Positions 1 to 11,342 of a stretch of 20,000 nucleotides of DNA are shown in pieces. How positions within the stretch are numbered: position 1 is the stretch's first letter; each line of letters begins with the position of its first letter. The position numbers and the translations under genes are program-made. Origin of the DNA: Mesotaenium endlicherianum (taxonomy: Eukaryota); contig WELA01001056.1 in NCBI GenBank assembly GCA_009602735.1, positions 242,964-262,963 of the forward strand. Reading direction: 5' to 3'. The notes under the pieces are model-generated. The model did no database searches, had not been told where the DNA came from, and saw only the letters and a program-made list of their open reading frames with translations.

Positions 1-1344
1 TCCATGTACATATGCTAGGCATTGCTCTCGAGTTCGGCATTCGGAAACGAGGCCAACTCTCTTGTACAGCTTACTGAGAGCGATCTGAATCCAAGGCGAG
101 AAGCCATTGATACGCACTGTCTTCTAACCTTGCTTATGTATGAGTTTACTGATTTGCATTGTTGATGCTAGTTTACTCGCATTTGACTTACGAGTATTAT
201 TCACTGCTAGTGTTTGTCCTTTGCCGTTTAACCAGTTCACGGAAAATACCATAAAGATTACTTGCTGATATAAAGATCTTTATTAATTGTTAGTCGCCTA
301 TTTGGTAAGTCAATTCATTTCAGTTGTGGTGAGGAATCAACATTATGCGATATGTTCAGTATAAGTAGTATAAGCATGTTAATCGTACAAATTTCATTTG
401 ATCATATTGAAACAAAGAGGCATATTCTCTATTTGCATCGGCTCGCAAGACGCATGCGCTTCCAAACGATGTTTGTGACACGACTCTTGGACGTACATAA
501 GAAATCACATGAATACACTCAAGCATGCCTGCTTGAGTGCATCATACCCCATGTGTGCTTATAAATATGCAGCAATACGGGCAAATTCCAAATTGCGATA
601 CTTTCATGATGTATGTTGATTTGAACGAGTTGCACGCGTCAAAACCCACTGCATGGCGTAACTGTTCTGCATTCCCATGAACACATGATTTCTTGGCCAC
701 ATATATGCTGTCATACATACCATACGCATACACATGCCGCAAGCTAATATTGCACATGCATGCACAACACAAATGCCTGTGCGCATGCACGGGCGTACGC
801 ACTCACGCACCCACGCATGTGGTTAAGCGCACACTTGCATTTTTATTCAATGCTTGTATACGTCCTTCAAACCTTATTTTGCGTATACCATGTGTAAACG
901 CTTGCATGCATGCGTGCACCCAAAGCAATACAAAAGCGCAAATTGGCACATGCATGTTTTCCACCACAAATGCACATATGCAAACACACACCAATCTCTA
1001 CTTTAGCATAATATTTTTCACAAACTGTTAAGCGCCAACTAGAAGATGAATGTCACGTGCTGTATTCATGGTTGCACGCGCGTATCTATTTCACACGCCT
1101 GTACGCCCTGCGCACGCTCGAAAGGTCGACCGTGTAGCTTGTGCGGCTTTAATATACATTAAACCTTTTTAATACGTAGGGGAGACTGAGCTGGCTGGCG
1201 CTGGGCGGGCTCCTTTTCGTCCACACGTTGTTTGTATCCGGCAAACCCCTGGTACCATGTTCGATTGCGTTTAACGATGTGGTGACGGGTTCATCTGAAT
1301 CCGCACGCTCGACTCTTGACGAGTCTAACGAGTGACCGGTATCG

Positions 1345-2291
1345 GGGCAAATTACCAAAGTAGCACTCCTACTTTCGTTTATTTCAAAATCTAGCACTCC
1401 AAATTTTGTTATTTTAAAACCAGCACTCGCGCATGTAAGGTCATGCCATGTAGGCCTTACATGTTCAAATGACGTGCCACACGAATTTGCACGCGACCCT
1501 TCTTGACACCATTTCTCTCTTTCGTTTCCAAAATCTTCCAACACCACTTTTGTAATTGACCCACCTTCGCGATCCAAACTGCCCAATGACGCCAAATTTC
1601 GGGTGGACACATTGTCGCTACCTTCATTTTACTCTCCAAAACTCTTTGAAGGCATTGACCGCTTTGCCGCGCCTCCAAATCGAAGACGACTTTTCGAACT
1701 CCATAGCCGGGTCTAAACCTCGGCGGGTCAACTAGGTACGTCTCATGGTGGTTAAATGTAGGTAAAACGTGGTGGTTAAATGTAGGTAAAAAGTGGCCGT
1801 TAAATGTAGGACGTAAGGTGCAACATGCTTACAAATAGAAAAGGATAGCCACAGGCAACCTCAATAGCAATGTGCCATAGTAACTAAGCACTTGACTTAG
1901 CCGCTACAATTAGCTACTTGTGATTACGTTCCTACCTGAAATAGCAGAGAATGCGATGAATATAGTCTCTCAAGAAAATATAGGGTTAGAAAATAAAGGC
2001 GCAAGAAATAGGTCACGAAAATACATGTGGACCAATTTTTGGGCGTTCTTAGGTAGTTTGGTTCGTGAAATTGGACAGTTGGAAAAGTGGTGGTGGTCTA
2101 TTTTGGAAACGAAAGAGAGAAGTGGTGTGTCAGGTAGGGTCGCGTGCAAACGCGTGTGGCACGTCATTTGATCGTGTAAAGCCCACGTCGAATCGTCTTA
2201 CATGCGCGAGTGCTAGTTTTGTAATAACGAATCTTGGGAGTGCTATTTGTAGAATGAACGAAAGTTGGAGTGCTACTTTGGTAATTTGCCC
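1345..2291. mobile_element. Non-autonomous Mutator-like element (MULE), 947 bp, ~255-bp TIRs, 9-bp TSD
   Basis: TIRs ~1345-1600 and ~2035-2291. The first 25 nt (GGGCAAATTACCAAAGTAGCACTCC) are perfectly inverted and the rest align clearly. Flanks CCGGTATCG (1336-1344) and CCGGTACCG (2292-2300) match at 8/9. No transposase ORF. Confidence 0.9.
1746..1810 (+). repeat. 24-bp tandem repeat, ~2.7 copies, inside the MULE
   Basis: TGGTGGTTAAATGTAGGTAAAACG / TGGTGGTTAAATGTAGGTAAAAAG / TGGCCGTTAAATGTAGG. Confidence 0.9.
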
Positions 2292-3295
2292 CCGGTACCG
2301 CCTGACGAGTTTTGTCACACATCGTGTCGAGAAGGTTTGGGCGGAAAAAGCCGAAGATAGGGGGTTGGCCAATATTTCTTCGCCAAATACGTCCAAGCCC
2401 TAACATGCACTCTACGCGATCTTTGACGAAGAATTCCTGCTCAACCTGGGAGCATGGGTTGCAATGGTCGTGTTGATCGGGGTATGAGTTTCAAACACCG
2501 CCCATCAGCTCAATGGGCTGAGCTCAACCAAGCTCAGCTCGTGATCAGTCCAAGAGCTGGGATCCGGATTCCAGTATATGTGTAGGGCTATTGTCTGGTC
2601 AGTATACCATGTGTTAACACATGTGTCTCCATGTGTATCGGGAAGCTAGTTTGGAGCGCACTGATTGGTTACATCTTGACTGTTGCAGTCCTTGCAAGGC
2701 TTACCTTGTCAAAAGCAGGGGTGCAGAATGGGCATGCAATTCTCCACATTTTCCTACTTCTCCGGCCTCAGGCTGGAGCCTGGAGGCTGGAGGGGTCGGG
2801 ACAGTTTTGCGGCTGCTTCACTTTTCTTCGTCTCGCTTTGCCAAATTGACTGGGGCCGACTGGGGAAGTTTGGAGCCACATTTGGACATATATCAGATTG
2901 GTCAGACCTGTCCAGACCAGTCCAGGAATGGTCACACAGTGCATGTACGATTTTACGAAAATGTCAAGAGCCACTAGTATTATGTAGACAAGTAATGCTT
3001 CGGTCAGCAGATGACGTTCGTCTGAGCTCGTGGTTTTTACCAGTTTACAGTTCGTGCATCTCCGTTGTTTTTTTCACCATCACCCTCAATCACCCTACAA
3101 GATCCAGCCGTTGCTCCCCTACCATCATCCACGTTCGTCCAAAGTATGTGTGCTGCTTGAGATTTGGAAGAGACCTTGCAAAATTTGGCCTTAACTATTA
3201 CATGAAGATAGGGTCAACCCAGCGCAACCCAGCGGGTCAGACCACATCGGAGGTACTGGATGGCCTTGCATGGGACTGAAGCACCCTGGGGCATT

Positions 3296-3337
3296 GGGAC
3301 TCGGGAGGCGGGACTCGGGAGTCGGGAGTCGGGAAGT
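3296..3337 (+). repeat. Short tandem (T/G)CGGGA motif array upstream of NRT2
   Basis: gggactcgggaggcgggactcgggagtcgggagtcgggaagt: five CGGGA copies, ~350 bp upstream of the ATG. Confidence 0.7.
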
Positions 3338-3689
3338 GGTTGATCAGGAGCAATTCAGTTCGCTGATGTGAACTCGTGGCCAATTTTGACAGCCTCCAGA
3401 TCAGCCGCCCTCACTATCTTGTCTAATTTTGTGGCACGGTGGCACCTGATATCGGCCGTCACTGCTCTCTCCTTCATCCCACCGTCATTGTGCCAGAGTC
3501 CGAAATTTGAAGGTGGCCAGAATGACGAGCAAACACGAGAGGAGATCGTACTTAGCCCAGCCCAGCCCTCATTCCATCTCACTTGCTTGGCTATCTGTCC
3601 TTGAAGGCTTAAGCTCCACACTCCTCATCTTTTTGCCGCATAGAGCCACACTGCTTGCGCTTGGGTAGCGCTAGTTGCCAGGGCTCACA

Positions 3690-6600
3690 ATGGCGTACAA
3701 TGCACAGGCTGGTGCCGTCGGGAATGACGTGGTGGGAGAGCCCGGATCTTCTATGCGCGGAGTTACCGGAAGGTAAGAAGCATACTCCCTGTAGTCTTGC
3801 ATTGAGAGTGAAAGATCGTCACGACTTATGAAATGCTTGGGCTTATTGTTGTTTACTTTGATCAGGAAGTGGCCCAGCAGCAGAGGAGCCCCACAGAACA
3901 GTTATTTTAGAGGCTACTTCTGTACTTGCACAGTGAACTATTATTTTTATTAGTTGCCCGCGTATAATTCGCGTTCTCAATCTGTTAGTTGGAAGTTACT
4001 TTTCTTATTCAGGCTCGGCACCATCATAGTTGATAGTCAACTAGGCTGAAGGAGCACTCTGTTTTTTTTGCAGGGAATCAATCTTTTCCGCCGATGTGGG
4101 TGACGACAAGGATGTCTCTCCCATGTTCGATCTTCCTGTCGACTCGGAACACAAGGCAAAGAAGATCAAAATCTTCAGGTATGTCTTAAGGATCCGCAAG
4201 TGCATTTGGGGCTTGTCTTGCTGCCTGGATCGCTTTCGAGCTGGAAATTTAAGTAGTAACCCGTCACAAATTTCTCTTGGACTATCAAGGCACATATATC
4301 CTGCTGTTTGCCCTGGTACTTGTGGTCGTGAGCACTCTTCCACCTCCTGCAGCCGTGGAGAAGTGACCAGATCTCTGTGACTCCTTTTGGCAGCTTGAAG
4401 CAGCCACACATGAGAGCCTTCCACTTGTCGTGGTTCCACTTCTTCATAGCGTTTTGCTCCGCTTTTGCTGGTAAGTTGGGATCTGCCCTTGTCTCGATCA
4501 TTCCATGAAGCAGCCTGTAGACAAGGAATTATGTTAGCTGCCTCACTTTGCAGTTGCAGCAGCCATGGCAGAGGCGAAACTCGTCTGCCACAATCTGCTC
4601 TATCCTGGTGGCCACTCGATCTCAGCCTGCTAAAGCCTTCTCGTTGGTTGTGCAGTGCCCCCCCTGAACCCCATCATCCGCGACAACCTGAACCTGACAA
4701 AGACTGATCTCGGGAACTCTGGCATTGCTGCCATCTCGGGAGCTATTGCCGCCCGTGTTGCCATTGGTAAGTTTGCCCCTTCCCCCACTCCTGTTCCCCC
4801 CNNNNNNNNNNNNNNNNNNNNNNNNNNNNNNNNNNNNNNNNNNNNNNNNNNNNNNNNNNNNNNNNNNNNNNNNNNNNNNNNNNNNNNNNNNNNNNNNNNN
4901 NNNNNNNNNNNNNNNNNNNNNNNNNNNNNNNNNNNNNNNNNNNNNNNNNNNNNNNNNNNNNNNNNNNNNNNNNNNNNNNNNNNNNNNNNNNNNNNNNNNN
5001 NNNNNNNNNNNNNNNNNNNNNNNNNNNNNNNNNNNNNNNNNNNNNNNNNNNNNNNNNNNNNNNNNNNNNNNNNNNNNNNNNNNNNNNNNNNNNNNNNNNN
5101 NNNNNNNNNNNNNNNNNNNNNNNNNNNNNNNNNNNNNNNNNNNNNNNNNNNNNNNNNNNNNNNNNNNNNNNNNNNNNNNNNNNNNNNNNNNNNNNNNNNN
5201 NNNNNNNNNNNNNNNNNNNNNNNNNNNNNNNNNNNNNNNNNNNNNNNNNNNNCCCCCCTCTCCCCGCCTTGTTCATATGTGCAGGCCCCCTGTGTGACAT
5301 GGTGGGCCCACGCTACGCCGCCTCCTTCCTGCTCATGGGCGTGGTCCCCGCCGTGTGCGCCATGGCCACCGTGCGCGACGCGGCGGGCTACCTGATCACG
5401 CGCTTCTTCATCGGCCTCGGGCTGGCCAGCTTCGTGACGTGCCAGTACTGGATGAGCTCCATGTTCAACGCGCGCATCGTTGGCCTCGCCAACGGCGTGA
5501 CGGCCGGCTGGGGCAACCTGGGCGGCGGCTTCATTCAGCTCGTCATGCCCGTGTTCTTCGCCATCATCCGCGACTCCTGCAACTCGCCCAAATTCACGGC
5601 GTGGCGCATCGCCTTCTTCATCCCCGCGCTCGCGCACATCATCACCGGCCTTGTGCTGCTCACCTTCGGCCAGGACTGCCCCGACGGCCAGTACCTCTCC
5701 ATGGTCCGCTCCGGGCAGCGCAAGATGGACAAAGCCTCCAAGGTACTCCCCCCCCCNCCCACACCCGCTGGCAACTCACAAGCGCTCTCACGTGCGATGC
5801 CTGCACACACGTCTTGATGCGTTGCACGTTGTAGAAAGGTTCATGCATAGGCAACCAGGTTTTGGTTCTCCTTACTTCACCTGCTTTCTACTGTTCTGGC
5901 CTAGCTCGTGGCTTGTGGGCTTGCAATGCCTTTCTCCCTTTTGGTGTGTCTAGGGAAGACAGAGGGTCTGAGCCAGCAGGCGACAACAGCCAAGGGACTT
6001 TTCTGACAAGACGGTGTGTGTGCCTGCCCGCCTTTGCCTCAGGTGGTCCTGAATGCGTTCACCAACTACCGCGCGTGGATCATGGCCCTCACGTACGGCT
6101 ACTGCTTCGGCGTGGAGCTCACGGCCGACAACATCTTGGCTGAGTACTTCCACGACCGCTTCAACATGGACGTGGGCAAGGCCGGCAGCATTGCATGTGA
6201 GGCCCTTCACCCCCTCACCCCCTCCCCTGAGTTTGTCTTCTCTCCTCCTCGTGTCATCGCATCATCATCGCAGTGGCACTGCAGAGCCCCCGCACGACTC
6301 TGGCACCCCAGCGGTGGGGATATCCACTCTTGTGTGGCCTTTGATCCGTTTGTTGTTGAACTCAAGATGGCAGCACGTGCCTGTCTCCTGTTGGTGAGGG
6401 AGCTTGCGGCACCTGGCGTGATGGAAAGGAGACAGCCCGGGCTGCCTGACCTGGTTGAACCTGGTAGACGAGTGTACGGAGCGGGTGGGGTCCCGGTTGT
6501 GGTTGTGACTTCTTGGTCATTTTTATCTTGCACCTCTCGGGGTGGTTGCTACCTGGAGTCAGGGGCATGCATTTATCCTCAAGCAGCTGCAGGGTGAAAC

Positions 6601-7691
6601 TCGATCACAATGTGCACTAGCTCCTACCTCCTAGCCGCCTCCCCTCCCCCACCCACCCCANGTTGCTCCTGCGCAGCCTCCTTCGGGCTCATGAACATCT
6701 TCTCGCGGCCATCGGGAGGCATCATCTCCGACCTGGTGGCGCGTCGCTTCGGCATGAGGGGCCGCCTGTGGGCGCTCTGGATGTTCCAGACCCTGGGCGG
6801 CGTGTTCTGCATCACCATGGGCTTCATGGACACTCTGTCGTCGTCCATCGCCGTCATGATTGTCTTCTCCTTCTTTGTGGAGGCGGCGTGCGGCATGACG
6901 TTTGGAATCATCCCCTTCATCTCTCGGAGGTCGCTTGGAATCGTGTCAGGCATGACCGGTGCCGGAGGAAACTTGGGCTCTGCAGTCACGCAGGTGTGAT
7001 CCTGCACCATCCTGCCTCTCCCTGCTGCCCAGCCTCCACCTTGTGAAAGATGGTCCTCCCATCTACTTCATTTCTTGCTCCTCTCTGCTGGGGGTAGATC
7101 CTTGAGGAACCTTGAGCTTGTCTACTAATTTTCATCCTCGAAAAAAAATCTCTCTTTACCACATCATTCATATGGCAGTCATCTGCTTTTCTTTCGGCCC
7201 TTCCAAGCCTGACAGGCAACTTCTTTTCAGCACATCTAAATTGCACCTTGTAACATACTTGCAATCGATGACCTCTGCCCACTCGTCAGGGCTGAAGAGA
7301 GAGCCAGGTTGCAAGTGCCCCTGAATGACGGTTGCTGATGCGCGCGCACGCCTGGCTGTTCCTGTTTTGACGTGCACAGGCCTCCTTCTTCACCAAGAAC
7401 CCCTGGACCACGGAGACGGGCCTGAAGTACATGGGCATCATGATTGTGGGAGTGTGCCAGCTCCTGTGGCTCATGCACTTCCCCCAGTGGGGCGGCATGC
7501 TGTTCCCCGCCTCCAAGAAGTCCAACGCGACGGAGGAGGGCTACTACGGGGGGGAGTACAACGAGGATGAGAAGGCCAAGGGTCTGCACGTGAGCTCCAT
7601 GAAGTTCGCCGAGAACGCCAAGGGCGAGCGTGGAGCCAAAGGCACCCTTAATGCTGAAGAGGCTGATGCGAGGAAGCCAACCGAAGTCTGA
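3690..7691 (+). CDS. NRT2: High-affinity nitrate transporter NRT2 (MFS, NNP family), 8 coding exons, 538 aa
   Basis: Manually spliced, all GT-AG and phase-consistent: exons 3690-3772, 4074-4178, 4394-4470, 4656-4766, 5285-5742, 6043-6196, 6677-6993, 7380-7691 (1617 nt). Translation shows plant NRT2 motifs: [61 protein letters not shown] (nitrate signature), [38 protein letters not shown]. The TM2 and TM8 substrate arginines (AAR, FSR) are present. No coding sequence appears missing across the N gap (AIG|PLCD is contiguous). Confidence 0.96.
4802..5252. other. Assembly gap (451 N) in NRT2 intron 4
   Basis: N run flanked by C homopolymers on both sides. Single Ns at 5757 and 6661 also lie in or next to C tracts. 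Confidence 0.99.
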
Positions 7692-9372
7692 TACTGAAGC
7701 CTAAGTGGACACCTCTCTGCTACTATGGGTGATAGGAACTTGTTAAGCCGCCTTGACTCCTGATTTACTTATACGCATCTGTAGGATAGACATTGAAAAT
7801 CTATTGGGAGAGCTTAAGGGTAGCACATTAGAAGCATGCATCAATGTACATGGTACAGGAAGTAGGTTATAGAGTATATTATTTGATTTTGGGCCATGCA
7901 CCAGGGAATAAAGCAGGCTGCATACTCTCTAGGTCTGCAGTGTTAATAGTCTTCAAATTCCTGCACATGGTGTAGCAGGGCAAGGGGCATACAATATTGA
8001 ATAGACAACAATCTAACAATCTCTGTTTTATGAAGTGCTTTCTCAAGGGTGAGGATGTCTTTACAACGCGATTGCAATAGGCACGTGAGGGTGAATTTTA
8101 TGATAGAGTCGTGATGGGATGAAAGACTGACACAAAAAGATGCGGAAGAGAGCGTACACATCTCGGTGCAATCCTGGGTTTATGCCCAGTTATTAGGCAG
8201 ATCTTGACAATCTGAGCTCAAACTTCTTCTTTGGAGTATTGCGAGTAATCAGAGGTGTGAGGTGATATTTTACAATGTGCACAAAATTAGTGCTCCATAC
8301 TATCATTGTGTTTAACAACTTAACATTACACTGACTTTTATCACGCTTTTGATGAGTTTGGGAAAGCCTCACCTAGAATTACTACATAACGTGGAAATAC
8401 TACCTGCAGAACCTTATCCTCCACAATTAACCTTAATCCTCCAAAAGTTCCATCACCTACCTGGACCCACACTCACGCTAGCTTCCAGGTTCCTTGTACC
8501 TCAGGAGTTGTTGATCATAGCTAGCCTTGTTACAGCTGGCTATATGCAGCAGCCCGTACTCGAAAGACAGGACTGATATCCATCAACTCCACTATCAGCT
8601 CACCACTCCGAGGGAACATCAACATCTCACTGCAGCGTCTCTCACACACATGGGCCCAACTGAGCTTCGACAATGCCATGGGTGGATGGAAAAGAGGTAG
8701 CAGATTACTTACTTGGCCTGCTGCAATGGCACGACAAAAGCATGCATGTTTCTCACAGATATCAAGACTTTTGAGTCTCGAGAGCGAGGGTTTCTTTTCA
8801 CGCTAACAAAACATCAAACTTCAGTTTGCGAACCTTCAATTCCACTTTATATGGTTGAAAGCGTATGCATTACTTTCAAGGTCAAAGTTCTTGATGCAAT
8901 AGTTTACAGGACATTCAATCAATTTTAATAACTGAAGCCTGGCACATCACCATGTCAAAGTGTGTAACACGTTCAAATTGGCCAGCAATGGCATGACAAA
9001 ACGGCGAAGGGAGTATCTATAAGAAACTCCTAGAAGCTACTTTATAGTAGACATAAATGTGATACCCTATACAATCTTAACAACACCAGCAAGCTACTGC
9101 TGTGCTTGAACCTCATATCTGGAGGTAGACAACAATAGCTACAATCTCGTACCCTTTTCAATATCATCTCTGTGCTTGCATCCCTGAATAAATCCTGAAG
9201 AAACCTCACGTGTCGTACCCTTTACCTACCTGGAGTACACCCCCCCTCTTGCAGCAAAGAAGACGAGAAAAGCTGAAACGTGCAGACAATGCAAGTAGTA
9301 CACCTGATATCCGTCATTTTCATACATTGAAGAAGGAAGGGCAAAGAAGAGCGAAGGGTGTAGACGATGAAC

Positions 9373-10964
9373 CTAATATCTGTACTTGGTGGAGTAGTCC
9401 TTGGGAGCTACGACAAGACCCCGGCCTTTCCTGGCCCCTCGGTACACAGTCTCCACAATATCAATGAACTCCTGCTTGTCCTTGAGGGCCCAGTTGATCT
9501 TGTTGTTGTTCCCCGTCCCGAGATCAATCATGATGTGCTTGTTGCGGAAGAAGAACATGACGGTGCACGGGTCGTAGAGCTCGTACATGGTGTTGAAGTC
9601 GGGCACTTCTGTGATGTCGGCCAGGTAGATGACCGCAAAGTTCTTTATCGTCTCGGCCACTCCCGCCAGCACCTCGTCCATCTGCATTGACATCGGCAGC
9701 AGGGGGGCGGCAGAGGGGTGCAAGGGAGAGGGTTCACATACGCATACACGCATACACGCACATCGCGAGCTTGAGTACACCCTCATGCAACCTTCTCTCA
9801 AAGAGATAGACAAGTGCACATGATGGAAGAGATGGAGATACATAGAGTGCTTACTTCCCAGACTTGCTAACCTTCGTCGTACTACTTGCCATTGATAGCC
9901 CAAACAGCGTAAGTATGGGTTTGACGCAGAGGGGATCAAGAGATATGCAGATCAGCAGTCCGTCCGCAGAGCTAATGGTGCCTCATCGCACAGCTTTGAG
10001 AGTTTTCCAAGTGGTATCCATCAGCTTTCGCTCTCATTTCTAAGCTTGAAACATATGGCCACAGGTACTGAGGTTGTGTGCAAGGCTACAGGTTGTAGTA
10101 TGGCATGTGACATCACCAAACCAAGAGCCAGAGATGCCGAGGGTTGCTTCCAAGCTCTTGACAAAGGAGCAAGTTATGAGGACTAACTCGAACTGGAAGC
10201 ACAGTACATTCTGCTGCTAGAAAGTTTGCAAGTATTCCTCTATATACAAAACAATCAATGTTGGGGTTTTTGAACAATAAACTCCATAGCTTGAGGGTTA
10301 TAGCTAGAGTTGCCACGCCCGGTAAAGTAAAGCCCTCCTCTGTCAAATTAGCAAGGTCGTTGCTGCCAACCCGGGCAGGTGTCTACAATACAGCCAAGGA
10401 AATGCCTCTTGAACCTAGGATCACGTTCTCGAGACTGTAAGCGTTTTTCTTCAAGGGCTATAAAAACTACCGATCGTGCCGGCTGAAGGAAAGCACACAG
10501 CGATGCTTTGTTTGGGGAAAGTGAGGAGACTGGAGGGGGAGAAAACCATGTATGGCCACAATATCTCGAGCTAGAGGCAAACAGGTGACCCGTTTCCTCA
10601 TGACCAAGCATAAGCTGCTCCAAAAGACCATCACTGCTCCTACTTTATATACTCATATTGCAAGGAGATACTAAACGAGTCATTGATTGCATAGCAACTT
10701 TGTGAAATGATGATTAAGAGGCCGAATTGAACTTCCATCGCGCATCCCTCCATATCCACGTTATGCCAGGTAGATAAACTTGCCCTCATCCACTAAGTAA
10801 TTAAGCTTAATTTAATAAAGCTTGATAACTGGCATGGTTTTTACCTGCATACAAGTCTCATCCCAATCGTGCCCGAATCTTATGACTACAACACGCTCTT
10901 CTTCTCCTAAAATAGCCTGGTCAACAGCGTATCCACTGTGAAGATGAGGTAACAAGTAAGACAT
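9373..10964 (-). CDS. DIM1: DIM1 / thioredoxin-like U5 snRNP protein (TXNL4A, plant YLS8), 2 coding exons, 142 aa
   Basis: Exon 1 10964-10845 (MSYLLPHLHSGYAVDQAILGEEERVVVIRFGHDWDETCMQ; not in the ORF track), phase-0 GT-AG intron 10844-9682, exon 2 9681-9373 (MDEVLA...FFFRNKHIMIDLGTGNNNKINW...GARKGRGLVVAPKDYSTKYRY*). Length and sequence match the highly conserved Dim1 family. Confidence 0.97.
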
Positions 10965-11332
10965 ACTGAACCACGTCAGAGGTCAGACCAAATTACACTC
11001 TCTACTTGCAATTTATGGCCTCTACTCAAGCAGCTATCGGTGCGTTAGTGTTAGAGAGGCGTCAACTGGGAGCACGTTTGCTTGTTCCTTTTCGATCAAA
11101 GATACAAACTTCTTCACAGAAGACAATCAGCTCGTTACAATAGACGAAATGGTAGTAGCGATGCCGTGGGAACTATATCTTATTCAACACCAACAAGTGA
11201 AGAATCGATTCAGGACGCTCGCGAAGGGGAAACAATCATGAACAGACATTTTAGCGTCATGCTTGTATTTCTCGCATCCTCCGGCTTCGTTCAGCGTAGT
11301 TTGGCGTAGTTGCTATTAGCTTTGTTTTTCCT

Positions 11333-11342
11333 CGCGCCAAAA
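11333..11342 (-). promoter_or_regulatory. Candidate E2F-binding site upstream of DIM1
   Basis: TTTTGGCGCG on the - strand matches the TTTSSCGC consensus, ~370 bp upstream of the DIM1 ATG. Motif match only. Confidence 0.35.

Noticed and set aside
19..165. Open frame ALLSSSAFGNEANSLVQLTESDL..., possibly the last exon of an upstream gene
   Set aside because: Weak acceptor, only vague resemblance to SNF2-family C-termini, and no upstream context.
1746..1810. CRISPR-like repeats
   Set aside because: Head-to-tail minisatellite without spacers in a eukaryotic context.
1149..2403. Similar ORFs on opposite strands (GSRANSCGTSF / GSRANACGTSF) resembling a gene pair
   Set aside because: They are translations of the two MULE TIRs and show no recognisable domain.
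3170..3620. Nitrate-responsive element (NLP site, TGACCCTT-N10-AAG) upstream of NRT2
   Set aside because: Only half-site-like matches (TGGCCTT, TGTCCTT) with spacings of 8, 11 or 12.
4630..7589. Long antisense and alternate-frame ORFs over NRT2 exons (likewise over DIM1 and GABA-T)
   Set aside because: Shadow ORFs caused by extreme GC3 and by the N gap.
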